The position numbers and the translations under genes were made by a program. This document shows positions 1 through 9,256 of a DNA stretch of 48,435 bases, piece by piece (within the stretch, counting starts at the first letter, position 1; each line of letters opens with the position of its first letter). This DNA comes from Saprospiraceae bacterium (lineage in GTDB: Bacteria > Bacteroidota > Bacteroidia > Chitinophagales > Saprospiraceae). The stretch is from the NCBI GenBank assembly GCA_036503755.1, contig DASXWI010000080.1:1-48435 (forward strand), in the 5' to 3' direction. Under the pieces are notes generated by a model. That model saw only the letters and a program-made list of their open reading frames with translations, did no database searches and was not told the origin of the DNA.

Positions 1-618
1 GAATCAAAAGTTTTTATTTCCAACTATCTCACTAATGACAGTTCTGGTACTGGCCTCCGTCTTGAGCAATATGATGATCTGAAATTGACCTTTGTCCTTC
101 ATGCGAAGCAATTCAAATATTTGCCTGCAGATAAAAAATGGCGGCTCAATGATTATGATATCCGGAAATGGATCGATGGCAAGGAATATTATTTTTCTGG
201 CAAAGGAATGAAGTTGGATACAGCCATTTCACTCTATCCATCTGATTTCGTGTATTACACCAACGACAAAGAAATGATGACCTCTGCCGAATTGCGTCGC
301 TTCATAAAATACGAGGAAGAACGTGGAATTGGTTTTTCACGGATCATGAAATCAGAATATCACCGCAGGTGGGCAGAACCCTTTACTATTGTTATCCTGT
401 CCATCATCGGTGCTTCCATTTCCTCCCGGAAAATTCGGGGAGGTATGGGTCTTAACCTGGCACTTGGTGTGTTGATCGGTGCATTATTTGTTTTTTTAAG
501 CAAGTTTGCGCTTACCTTTTCTACCAATCTCCATATGAATCCAATGCTGGCCATGTGGCTTCCAAACCTTGTCTTTGGAAGTGTCGCCATATACCTTGTG
601 CGCAAGGCCCAGAAATAA
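1..618 (+). CDS. LptF/LptG-family (YjgP/YjgQ) LPS export permease, C-terminal part; 5' end lies off-window
   Basis: Frame 1 is open from base 1 to the stop at 616-618. The track start at 85 is a TTG, so the gene probably continues upstream. The C-terminus carries hydrophobic helices (IVILSIIGASISS, LALGVLIGALFVFLSKF, LVFGSVAIYLV). The gene sits directly upstream of lpxK. Confidence 0.55.
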   Translation, partial: ESKVFISNYLTNDSSGTGLRLEQYDDLKLTFVLHAKQFKYLPADKKWRLNDYDIRKWIDGKEYYFSGKGMKLDTAISLYPSDFVYYTNDKEMMTSAELRRFIKYEEERGIGFSRIMKSEYHRRWAEPFTIVILSIIGASISSRKIRGGMGLNLALGVLIGALFVFLSKFALTFSTNLHMNPMLAMWLPNLVFGSVAIYLVRKAQK

Positions 619-678
619 GCGTTCCCTCGCTTTGGTTTTCACTGGTTACTTTTACTTCCGCCTCCGGGCCTGTCGTGT

Positions 679-1749
679 ATGGTAAATCAATGGGTGCTTA
701 AGTTGTTATTATTGCCTTTAGCTATATTATATGGTATTGGTATAGCTATTCGTAACGGGCTCTATGCTGTGGGTTTGCTGCGCGGTGTTACTTTCAGTAT
801 CCCGGTGATTAGTATTGGTAACCTTACGGTTGGTGGAACAGGTAAAACACCTCATACTGAATATCTGATCCGGATGCTCCATGAATATTTACCATTGGCC
901 GTGGTGAGCAGAGGATATAAACGTAAGACATCGGGATATCTTGAAGTTGTTCCAAACCATAATGCCACGCAGGCTGGTGACGAACCTCTTCAATACAAAC
1001 GCAAATATCCACACGTGCCTGTTGCGGTTGCTGAAAGCCGCAGTTTTGCTATTCCCCAGGTCATCAGGTCGCACCCATCAACACGATTGGTTCTTTTGGA
1101 TGATGGCTTTCAACACAGGGAGGTGGTACCCGGGCTTAATATTTTACTAACCGAATACAACCGGTTGTATACAAAAGATTGGTTATTGCCTATAGGCCGG
1201 CTGCGCGAGTGGAGAAGCGGGGCTAAACGTGCTGATATTATCGTGGTCACAAAATGTCCTGATCATTTGCCACCCAATGAAATGGAAGAAATACGCTCAG
1301 CTGTAACCTATGAAAAAAACCAACAGGTTTTTTTCAGCAAGTATCGATATGGCCAGCCCTATAAAATGTACGGAAATGGAGAACGTATCGCTCTTCGGCC
1401 CGAGCTTGATGTGTTGCTTGTCGTCGCTATAGCTGGCACGGAATATTTATTGGAATATGTTGATTCATTGTGTGGTGATGTACGTATGTTGGAATACAAT
1501 GATCATCATCCGTTTTCCAATTTTGATGTTGGAGATATTGAACGTCATTTCAAATTGATGCCTGAAGGACGAGAACGCATCATCCTCACCACTGAAAAGG
1601 ACGCTATGCGCCTGGATTTACATCGTGAATTACTTCTGGGGCTTTCCTTACCTATCTATATTCTTCCTGTCGCTGTACAATTTATTGATGCGTCGCAAGA
1701 TGCTTTTGATACAGCTATTAAATCGTGGCTGCTTAACTTTAAGCTGTAA
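679..1749 (+). CDS. lpxK: Tetraacyldisaccharide 4'-kinase (lipid A biosynthesis)
   Basis: N-terminal membrane helix followed by the LpxK P-loop context ISIGNLTVGGTGKTP. Length is 356 aa. The stop overlaps the next start (TAATG at 1747-1751). Confidence 0.9.
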   Translation: MVNQWVLKLLLLPLAILYGIGIAIRNGLYAVGLLRGVTFSIPVISIGNLTVGGTGKTPHTEYLIRMLHEYLPLAVVSRGYKRKTSGYLEVVPNHNATQAGDEPLQYKRKYPHVPVAVAESRSFAIPQVIRSHPSTRLVLLDDGFQHREVVPGLNILLTEYNRLYTKDWLLPIGRLREWRSGAKRADIIVVTKCPDHLPPNEMEEIRSAVTYEKNQQVFFSKYRYGQPYKMYGNGERIALRPELDVLLVVAIAGTEYLLEYVDSLCGDVRMLEYNDHHPFSNFDVGDIERHFKLMPEGRERIILTTEKDAMRLDLHRELLLGLSLPIYILPVAVQFIDASQDAFDTAIKSWLLNFKL

Positions 1750-3530
1750 TGAAAAACCATCTTTCTCATTTCGTCGGCGTGATGCTGGTGTTGATACTTG
1801 CTTTTGCTGGCCCTCTTGGTGCTCAAAATATCCTGACAGATATGGATCCGTTGGCACATCAACGCTACGATAGAATGATCATACTTTCTGGTGGTGGTGA
1901 TTCTTCTTTGCACTCGGCCCTTAAACCTTATTGGCGAAATGACCTTGTCATTCTTGCAGATTCATTTTCCTATCATACTAATAGTCCTATCTCAGGATTT
2001 CAGCTTCAACGTATTTACGATCAGCAAAATGAATTTGTAAATCCTGCCGGAGATCCTTTTTTCCAAATACTTTATCCTCAGGATTCAAGCGGGTTATATC
2101 ATCACACTTCAGATAGTCTCCTTCCGCGTTACAGGCAAAGTAAACATCCGCTTTGGAAAACCTTTTATAAAACACCTGCTCATTTTTACGAGGTAGATGT
2201 CAAAGATTTCTACTTGCGGGTGAATCCTATTTTACATGCTGCTGTCGGGCATGAATCAAATGAAGATGTTACCACCTTTTACAACCAGCGGGGGCTTAGC
2301 TTGCGGGGAGGCATTGGGAAAAATGTTTTTTTCCAGACCAGTTTTTATGATAGCCAGGTCCGATATCCAAATTTCATCAATCAATATACGGACGCTGTTG
2401 GCGTAGTACCCGGTGCCGCATTATATAAAGATTTCAATAGCGCCTTGTTTGATGTGTCTGAAGGGCGCGACTTTTTATTAGCCAACGCCTATGTTGGTGT
2501 AAACTTTGGAAAATATTTCGGCTTTCAACTCGGCCACAACCAGTTCTTTATTGGTGATGGCATACGATCCCTTTTCTTATCCGATTTTTCTACACCCTAC
2601 TTCTCGCTCAAACTGAATACGCGTATATGGAAATTTCATTACCAGAATATTTTTGCGGAAATCTCCGCTGACAATTTTATGTCGGTTTCCGGTTTTTCTG
2701 AAGCCGTACCCAAGAAATACATGGCTGCCCACTACTTAAGTTTTAAACCTAATCGCACCATAAGTCTTGGGTTGTTTGAAACTGTCATCTTTGATCGCCC
2801 TAATGACCAGTTTGAACTTCAATATCTCAATCCCATCATTCTCTATCGCACAGTTGAAGGATGGATAGGCAGTCCTGATAATGTATTGCTCGGACTAAAT
2901 GGAAGAGTAGATATTAAAAAAACCATTTCTCTGTATGGCCAAACGATCCTTGATGATATCTCAATCAGTCAAATTCTGGACGGTCATCTTGATTGGTGGG
3001 GAAATAAATTTGGTTTCCAACTTGGTACTAAATACATAGACGCTTTCGGAATAAAGTTTTTAGACGCCCAGGTGGAATGGAATCGGGTGCGTCCATACAC
3101 CTACTCACATTATGATTCGCAGGCCAATTATTCCAATTACAAACAAACCCTTGCACATCCTTTGGGCGGCAATTTCAATGAATGGATTTTTTCTTTACGC
3201 TACCAGGCCACCAAGCGGTTATTCCTGCAGAGCAATATTCATCTGATATATACGGGTGAGGATCGGGATAGTATTTCATATGGAGCCAATGTTATTAAAC
3301 CAAACACCCAACGTGCGGATGATTATGGCCATTACATTGGACAAGGGGTTCATACCAATATTTTTTACTGGAGTACATTGATCCAATATGAAATTTCTTC
3401 TGGCTTATTCCTTGAAGGTCGGTATATCTATAGGGATAAACAAAGTGAGATTCCTTCTTTAAGCCTCAAAACATCCCAATTTCAGTTAGGTATACGCTAT
3501 AACCTTCCTTTTAGAGAAGATGTATTCTAA
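1749..3530 (+). CDS. Secreted outer-membrane beta-barrel-like protein, possibly Wzi/RemB-like; function unknown
   Basis: Signal peptide MKNHLSHFVGVMLVLILAFAGPLGAQ. Sequence is rich in aromatic/Gly alternating segments and ends in a terminal Phe (REDVF), as in OMP barrels. It is translationally coupled to both neighbours by TAATG overlaps. The family assignment comes from memory only. Confidence 0.4.
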   Translation: MKNHLSHFVGVMLVLILAFAGPLGAQNILTDMDPLAHQRYDRMIILSGGGDSSLHSALKPYWRNDLVILADSFSYHTNSPISGFQLQRIYDQQNEFVNPAGDPFFQILYPQDSSGLYHHTSDSLLPRYRQSKHPLWKTFYKTPAHFYEVDVKDFYLRVNPILHAAVGHESNEDVTTFYNQRGLSLRGGIGKNVFFQTSFYDSQVRYPNFINQYTDAVGVVPGAALYKDFNSALFDVSEGRDFLLANAYVGVNFGKYFGFQLGHNQFFIGDGIRSLFLSDFSTPYFSLKLNTRIWKFHYQNIFAEISADNFMSVSGFSEAVPKKYMAAHYLSFKPNRTISLGLFETVIFDRPNDQFELQYLNPIILYRTVEGWIGSPDNVLLGLNGRVDIKKTISLYGQTILDDISISQILDGHLDWWGNKFGFQLGTKYIDAFGIKFLDAQVEWNRVRPYTYSHYDSQANYSNYKQTLAHPLGGNFNEWIFSLRYQATKRLFLQSNIHLIYTGEDRDSISYGANVIKPNTQRADDYGHYIGQGVHTNIFYWSTLIQYEISSGLFLEGRYIYRDKQSEIPSLSLKTSQFQLGIRYNLPFREDVF

Positions 3531-4975
3531 TGTTCGAGTATTTTGGCGACATGAAAGAACGGTGGATTCTTATTGTTGGTATTCTACTATTCACGCTGCT
3601 GGTCGCTTACCGCGCAGCTGTACTTCCGATCACGCATGATGAGGCAAGTACCTGGTTGAATTTCAGACATCACAATATCTGGGGTTGTATTTCTGATTAC
3701 TATTGCTGGCAGACGGCCAATAATCATTGGCTTAATACTTTATTATTACAATGGACAGCCGGATTGTTTGGGGAAGGAGCATTCGCTATCCGTCTTCCTA
3801 ACGTTCTTGCCGGTGGACTCTATTTTTTAGCCGCTTCTTTGTTTTCATGGCGATATATTAAAACCCCCATGTTGCAGCTTGCCGGTTTCCTCCTTTTGTG
3901 CGGAAATGTATATCTCCTTGACTTCTTTTCATTAGCCCGTGGATATGGGCTTATGGTTAGTGGTGTTATTTGGAGCATCTATTGTTTATTGAGGTACATT
4001 GAGCGTTTTGAATTTCGTTGGCTGCTTTTTTCTGTGGTGGCGATGGTGCTTGCGGTCTTCAGTAATTTTACAGCCCTTTTGGCATTATTATCTATAGGAC
4101 TGGCCTGGCTTGGATGGATGATTGGTCATAAAAAATTCTCCTTGATCGGCCGTCATGGTCTTCTTTGGTTAACTACGGGTATAGTGCTTTTGGGTTTGCT
4201 TTATTACCCCATTCGTACACTTAGCGGTTCTGGTGAATTTGAATGGGGCGCGGCAAGTATTACTGAGACCATCAATGATTTATTGCGAAATCTGTTATAT
4301 GGTGCACAGTATTTTGGTGAAGGGTCACGCGCTATTCTGTTTTGGATCGTTATCGGTGCGTTGGTTTTAGTTTTGCTGGCAACCTTATTATCAAAGCAAT
4401 TCAATGCACGTGCACAATTAATTTGTTTGTTTTCACTTCTGGTATTTAACCTGGTGGGTATTGTTGTACTTGAATATGCAACGGGTTCGCAAGCTCCGAT
4501 TGGGAGAAAATCCATTTATCTTATTCCTTTCATCTTCGCACCCTTGGCACTGGGGTTGAATCTCATTAAGTGGGGAAATTTGACGTTTGTCTTTGGGGTT
4601 GTGTTTTGTGGAAGTATGTTCTATCACACCCTACATACGCTTGATTTAACAAAATGCAGAGAATGGTATTATGATGCGTACTATCCTGAACTCTTTTCAA
4701 CAATCTTTCCGAATGCATCCAATCCTGATAGTGTGCAACTGGGTTCTTCGTGGATTTTCAATCCAGCGCTTACTTACTATCAAAAAACAAAACCGCTTCC
4801 CCTTTCCGGGTTGGTGTATCAGAAAACACTTGTGATCGATACCACTATGCAATATTATTTTGTGGAACAAACCGATACAGTGGGTATGTATCAAGCAGGT
4901 TTTGTTGCCAACAAAAAAATTGGACCCTATGCTTTGTTTAAAAACGAAGCCATATCTACCGCTTCCGTACGGTAA
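3530..4975 (+). CDS. Polytopic membrane protein, GT-C fold (ArnT/PMT family 39-like) glycosyltransferase candidate
   Basis: More than 10 predicted TM helices. An acidic motif follows TM1 (ITHDEASTW), as in the first periplasmic loop of GT-C enzymes. The start overlaps the upstream stop (TAATG at 3528-3532). Confidence 0.45.
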   Translation: MFEYFGDMKERWILIVGILLFTLLVAYRAAVLPITHDEASTWLNFRHHNIWGCISDYYCWQTANNHWLNTLLLQWTAGLFGEGAFAIRLPNVLAGGLYFLAASLFSWRYIKTPMLQLAGFLLLCGNVYLLDFFSLARGYGLMVSGVIWSIYCLLRYIERFEFRWLLFSVVAMVLAVFSNFTALLALLSIGLAWLGWMIGHKKFSLIGRHGLLWLTTGIVLLGLLYYPIRTLSGSGEFEWGAASITETINDLLRNLLYGAQYFGEGSRAILFWIVIGALVLVLLATLLSKQFNARAQLICLFSLLVFNLVGIVVLEYATGSQAPIGRKSIYLIPFIFAPLALGLNLIKWGNLTFVFGVVFCGSMFYHTLHTLDLTKCREWYYDAYYPELFSTIFPNASNPDSVQLGSSWIFNPALTYYQKTKPLPLSGLVYQKTLVIDTTMQYYFVEQTDTVGMYQAGFVANKKIGPYALFKNEAISTASVR

Positions 4976-5069
4976 ACTGAATATCAGATATACTATTGAT
5001 CAAGACTTCATCGTGTTGGGTTGGGTTTGATCATCCTGCGGCAATATCATTTATATATCTTCACACTTC

Positions 5070-5843
5070 ATGAAAGCCAAAAAATCTTTTGGTCAGCACT
5101 TTCTTACCCAGGAGCCCATCGCGGAGCGACTTGCTTCGTCACTTATACTTGATGGCTGTGGGGCAATTGTTGAAGTGGGTCCTGGAAAAGGCATATTGAC
5201 AAAATGCCTGCTTACAAAGGGGCTTCCTGTTATCGCCGTGGAACTTGATCGCGACATGATTCCTATTCTCGAAAAGGAATTTAAAGACACTCCCCTGCAG
5301 ATAATACAGGCAGACATCCTTCGTGTGCGGTTTGATGAAATTATTCCAGAAAATGTTGATTTTGTTTTGACCGGCAACTTCCCTTATAATATCTCCAGCC
5401 AGATTGTTTTCCTTGGAATTCAACACCGGATGCGTGTACCACATATGGCGGGTATGTTTCAAAAAGAAATGGCAGAGCGCATTTGTGCTCCACCTGGTAG
5501 CAAAGCATTTGGGGTTATCTCAGTCTTAACACAGGCATACTATACTGCCACATTGTTATTCACCGTTAAACCCGGTTCGTTTTCACCTCCACCAAAAGTG
5601 CAGAGTGCTGTCATCTCTCTTACACGTTATCGCACAGAGATTGATGGTGTTCCATTCCAGACATTAAGACGGGTTGTTAAAATGGCTTTTAGTCAGCGAA
5701 GAAAAAAACTGCGCAATACATTGATGCCCTTGATTCATGAAGATGTGTTGAGAGCCGAAGGTGTTGTAGATCTTCGACCAGAACAGATTAGTGTGGAACA
5801 ATTTATTAGCCTGGCTAAGTTGGTTGATGTCTCTTCAACTTAA
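5070..5843 (+). CDS. rsmA: 16S rRNA (adenine1518/1519-N6)-dimethyltransferase
   Basis: KKSFGQHFL N-terminus, SAM-binding VEVGPGKGILT, GNFPYNISS motif, 257 aa. Confidence 0.93.
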   Translation: MKAKKSFGQHFLTQEPIAERLASSLILDGCGAIVEVGPGKGILTKCLLTKGLPVIAVELDRDMIPILEKEFKDTPLQIIQADILRVRFDEIIPENVDFVLTGNFPYNISSQIVFLGIQHRMRVPHMAGMFQKEMAERICAPPGSKAFGVISVLTQAYYTATLLFTVKPGSFSPPPKVQSAVISLTRYRTEIDGVPFQTLRRVVKMAFSQRRKKLRNTLMPLIHEDVLRAEGVVDLRPEQISVEQFISLAKLVDVSST

Positions 5844-6237
5844 GCGGGGTGATGAGTTGCTTATGTGCTTTTGAGCCTTCCTTTCCTTTCGATATAATTA
5901 AAATATTTCCTCTTTCTAGATCGCAATAGCCTTGGTCATAACAGAAATAACATGTTTTCCCTAAAGGTGTGTGACTCGTGCTGGTATGAAATTCAAATTC
6001 AAACCCGGCTTCTATAAGTTGCAACTTGGAGATGGTTGTTGTTCCCTGGACATTCAGGTTGAATAAAATCTTACGATTACGCCGTATAATTTTATTGATC
6101 CTGCGGATGAATGTGTATTGATCCTCATATCGATTATTGTGGTTTGTTGCGCGACAATAATCGGAACAAAATTGTTTGTCTTTCCTGCCATGAATTTCTT
6201 CGGCACACTCTTTACAATATTTCTTTTTCATTCCCAT
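5815..6237 (-). CDS. Small zinc-ribbon protein, function unknown
   Basis: ATG start. N-terminal CKEC...x13...CSDYC four-Cys motif followed by a basic stretch. The 3' end overlaps the rsmA 3' end by 29 bp (convergent). Confidence 0.4.
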   Translation of the reverse strand: MGMKKKYCKECAEEIHGRKDKQFCSDYCRATNHNNRYEDQYTFIRRINKIIRRNRKILFNLNVQGTTTISKLQLIEAGFEFEFHTSTSHTPLGKTCYFCYDQGYCDLERGNILIISKGKEGSKAHKQLITPLKLKRHQPT

Positions 6238-6284
6238 CGACCTATAGTTTGCTTTATCTATAGTGTCTTAAGGGAGCTGAAATA

Positions 6285-8249
6285 TTACCAGATTTTTATT
6301 CTTTCTTTTTCTTCCCTGTACCATCTACTGCCTGGGGTGATTCCGAAAGCATTATAAAACTGCTGCAAATTGGAGGGTGCCGCAACAGCCCTGTATTGTC
6401 CAGGGGGATGTGGGTCTGTTTTAACCTGGTTGCGTAGTGCCTCTGGACGAATTTTAGTTCTCCATATTGTCGCCCAGGACATGAAGTATCGTTGATCGGA
6501 TGTAAAACCGTCAATGGGTTCTGGTTTTCCGTGGCGTTTGTAATACAGCTGAAGCGCATCGTAAGCAACACTTAATCCGCCCAGGTCAGCAATATTCTCT
6601 CCTAGTGTAAATGTTCCATTCAGAGCAAGATCATCAAATGGGCGATAAGCATCAAACTGGTTAACTAGTTTGTTGGTAAGCATGGAGAACCGGGTTTTGT
6701 CCTCTGGGGCCCACCACTCATTTAGGTTTCCTTCTTTGTCAAATTTGCTTCCCTGGTCGTCAAAACCATGGGTAATTTCATGCCCGATGACGGCTCCCAT
6801 GCCTCCATAATTTACAGCAGCATCAACCTGCCAATCGAAAAAGGGTGGTTGCAGAATGGCTGCCGGAAAAACGATTTCGTTAAACATTGGATTGTAGTAT
6901 GCATTGACTACTTGTGGAGCCATAAACCATTCTTCGGGGTCAACTTCTTTTCCAATGCGTTGATAATCAATGTGTTGTTTCCATTTTGCAACTGAAATTA
7001 TGTTTTGGAGATAATTTCCACCTTCTTCCTGGCTAACAATTTCAAGTGCAGAAAAATCTTTCCATTGGTCTGGATAGCCAATTTTTACTTTGAAGGTTTC
7101 TAGTTTTTCGAGCGCATATTCACGCGTCTTTTCACTCATCCATGGTAATGAACTAATTCGGGTTCGGAATGCAGAAATGATGTCTCCCGTCATTTCTAAG
7201 GCTATTGCTTTTGCCTCAGGAGGAAAATGCCTTGCTACAAACATTTGACCTAATAATTCTCCAAGGGATTGGTTGACCACTTTTACTAGCCGCTCGTTTC
7301 GTGGTTGCATGACTTCTACCCCATCAAGCGTTTTGCTATACATTTCAAAATGCGCACTCTCTAAAGTATGGTGAGCGTATGGGGCTGATTGATGAATAAT
7401 ATGAAAGGTCAAATAGTCTTTCAGTAAATCTAATGGAGTGGCTTTTATGTGTTCTGTTATAAATGAAATGAAATCGGGCTCTGTAACGATGATTTGCGCA
7501 GGGATCGCAATTTTGAGTTCTTTAAAAAAAACTTCCCAGTCCCAACCAGAAGATTTTAGATTCAAATCGTGGTAACTGTGGGGGTTGTAGAGCTTTTCAA
7601 TCTGCCTTCTTTCTTCCTTTGGCAGCATCCTGGATGCCATTCCGGTTTCAAAGAGAAGAATAGAATGAGAGACGGAGAGTGCTCTTTCGGCAGGAAAATC
7701 AGCTTCGTTTTGCAATATAGTCCTGATATAGGCTACGTATTTGTCCCTGATTTCGATGGACCGATCATCTTGATCAAGGTAATAATCTCTTTCAGGCAGT
7801 CCCAGATTGCCGGGTTCCAGGTATGCAGCATATTTTTTGCTGTCTGCAAGATCTGGATGAACGCTAAAATGGATAATTGAATGAAGTCCGTTTAAGGCTG
7901 TTTTTCCAAGAAAGCCAGGTATAGAATCAACGTGGTCTATTGTCTTTAGGGCTTGAATGAAAGGGTCAATAGCTGATAGTTTTTCCCTTTCAATGGATAA
8001 GGAATCCATCCCTGTTTCAAAAAGCCTGGCCGCTTTATTGGTTGATGCCCCTGGTGTGGTTAATTCATCATCAAGGATATCGAGAACCATACGGTCGGTC
8101 TCCTTTGATAATTCATGGAAACTTCCCCATGAACTTCGATCAGAAGGTATTTCTGTTCGATTGAGCCAACCACCATTCACGAATTGATAAAAATCTTCTG
8201 ATGGATTTGTTGTCCTGTCAAGAAAATCAAGATTTATGCCTTTGTTCAT
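6285..8249 (-). CDS. pepO: M13-family zinc metalloendopeptidase (PepO / neprilysin-like)
   Basis: HEITHGFD (HExxH), NAYY and GENIADLGG motifs, 654 aa. No N-terminal signal or anchor is visible; the ORF cannot extend further upstream. Confidence 0.92.
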   Translation of the reverse strand: MNKGINLDFLDRTTNPSEDFYQFVNGGWLNRTEIPSDRSSWGSFHELSKETDRMVLDILDDELTTPGASTNKAARLFETGMDSLSIEREKLSAIDPFIQALKTIDHVDSIPGFLGKTALNGLHSIIHFSVHPDLADSKKYAAYLEPGNLGLPERDYYLDQDDRSIEIRDKYVAYIRTILQNEADFPAERALSVSHSILLFETGMASRMLPKEERRQIEKLYNPHSYHDLNLKSSGWDWEVFFKELKIAIPAQIIVTEPDFISFITEHIKATPLDLLKDYLTFHIIHQSAPYAHHTLESAHFEMYSKTLDGVEVMQPRNERLVKVVNQSLGELLGQMFVARHFPPEAKAIALEMTGDIISAFRTRISSLPWMSEKTREYALEKLETFKVKIGYPDQWKDFSALEIVSQEEGGNYLQNIISVAKWKQHIDYQRIGKEVDPEEWFMAPQVVNAYYNPMFNEIVFPAAILQPPFFDWQVDAAVNYGGMGAVIGHEITHGFDDQGSKFDKEGNLNEWWAPEDKTRFSMLTNKLVNQFDAYRPFDDLALNGTFTLGENIADLGGLSVAYDALQLYYKRHGKPEPIDGFTSDQRYFMSWATIWRTKIRPEALRNQVKTDPHPPGQYRAVAAPSNLQQFYNAFGITPGSRWYREEKERIKIW

Positions 8250-8329
8250 AGATTATAAGCAGTTGTAACCCCTATTGGGCTTGTTTGTATGAAATACCCG
8301 TTCCGATTAAAGGTTCTTGGTTTTTTGCT

Positions 8330-8347
8330 TTGTTCCACGTAGAACAA
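8330..8347. promoter_or_regulatory. Palindromic box 1, TTGTTCCACGTAGAACAA (CACGT core)
   Basis: Read directly. It is a near-perfect 18-bp palindrome in the 176-bp spacer between the hydrolase stop and the pepO start, and matches box 2 at 16 of 18 positions. Confidence 0.35.
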
Positions 8348-8391
8348 TCAACACTTGGTTTGATCGTGGAGTTACCTTTCTTGGCTAAGGA

Positions 8392-8409
8392 TGGTTCCAC
8401 GTGGAACAA
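8392..8409. promoter_or_regulatory. Palindromic box 2, TGGTTCCACGTGGAACAA (perfect 14-bp palindrome GTTCCACGTGGAAC)
   Basis: Read directly. It lies 62 bp from box 1 and about 145 bp upstream of the pepO ATG on the minus strand. Confidence 0.35.
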
Positions 8410-8425
8410 CGCATCCTGGCTGTTT

Positions 8426-9199
8426 TTATGAAACCTCCCCTGTTTCCTTTAGGAATTCAAATAATAACCTATTAAATTCTTCTGGATGCTCCATCATAGG
8501 TGCGTGGCCACATTTGTCCAGAATAAATAGCTTAGAGTCCGGCAATAGTTCGTGAAACTTCTCACCTACAAAAGCGGGGGTAATGGTATCATCCTTTCCC
8601 CAAACCAGTAAGACGGGTCTTTTGATCTGAATCAGACGATCACTGATGTTATGTCTTAAAGCAGATTTTGCAATCGCAATGACTCTGATCGCTTTATTCC
8701 GGTCGTTGACTATATCATACACCTCATCCACCAGCTCTTTGGTAGCCACAGCTGGATCATAAAAAGTTGCTTCTGTTTTCTTTTGAACGAACTCATAATT
8801 CCCTCTCTTTGGAAAAGTACTTCCAAGTGGAGCTTCAAAAAGCCCAGAACTGCCAGTAAGTGTTATGGATCGTAAAATACCAGGCTGGGCTAAGGCAAAT
8901 AGAATGGCGACATGACCTCCAAGGCTATTTCCGACCAGGTTAAGTTCTTTTAAGCCTTTAAATTTGACAAACTCATCCACATGGTTAACTAAACCCATTA
9001 CAGATAGTTTGCGTAGAGGCATATCAAAGATGGGAAGCATTGGGACAACAACATTCATTCTCCCGGCAAAATGATCAATGATGGTAGCGAAATTGCTTAA
9101 GGCTCCAAATAACCCATGCAATAGCAGAAGGGTCTTCTCCTGTCCAGGATCAGATTCAATATATTTAAATCCATTTTCTTCCAGGATCTTATATTTCAT
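8426..9199 (-). CDS. Alpha/beta-fold hydrolase
   Basis: HGLFG oxyanion region, nucleophile elbow GNSLGG, C-terminal GHAPMMEHPEEF (His of the triad), 257 aa. Confidence 0.75.
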   Translation of the reverse strand: MKYKILEENGFKYIESDPGQEKTLLLLHGLFGALSNFATIIDHFAGRMNVVVPMLPIFDMPLRKLSVMGLVNHVDEFVKFKGLKELNLVGNSLGGHVAILFALAQPGILRSITLTGSSGLFEAPLGSTFPKRGNYEFVQKKTEATFYDPAVATKELVDEVYDIVNDRNKAIRVIAIAKSALRHNISDRLIQIKRPVLLVWGKDDTITPAFVGEKFHELLPDSKLFILDKCGHAPMMEHPEEFNRLLFEFLKETGEVS

Positions 9200-9256
9200 A
9201 AACCGGGGTGTAAAAACCTTTTGTTGTGTAATTTATATATTATCAAAAAATAAAAT

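Noticed and set aside
6285-8249. The M13 peptidase lacks any signal peptide or membrane anchor; I considered flagging it as truncated or a pseudogene.
   Set aside because: The ORF is full length relative to the catalytic domain, and leaderless intracellular PepO-type enzymes are known. Nothing indicates a frameshift.
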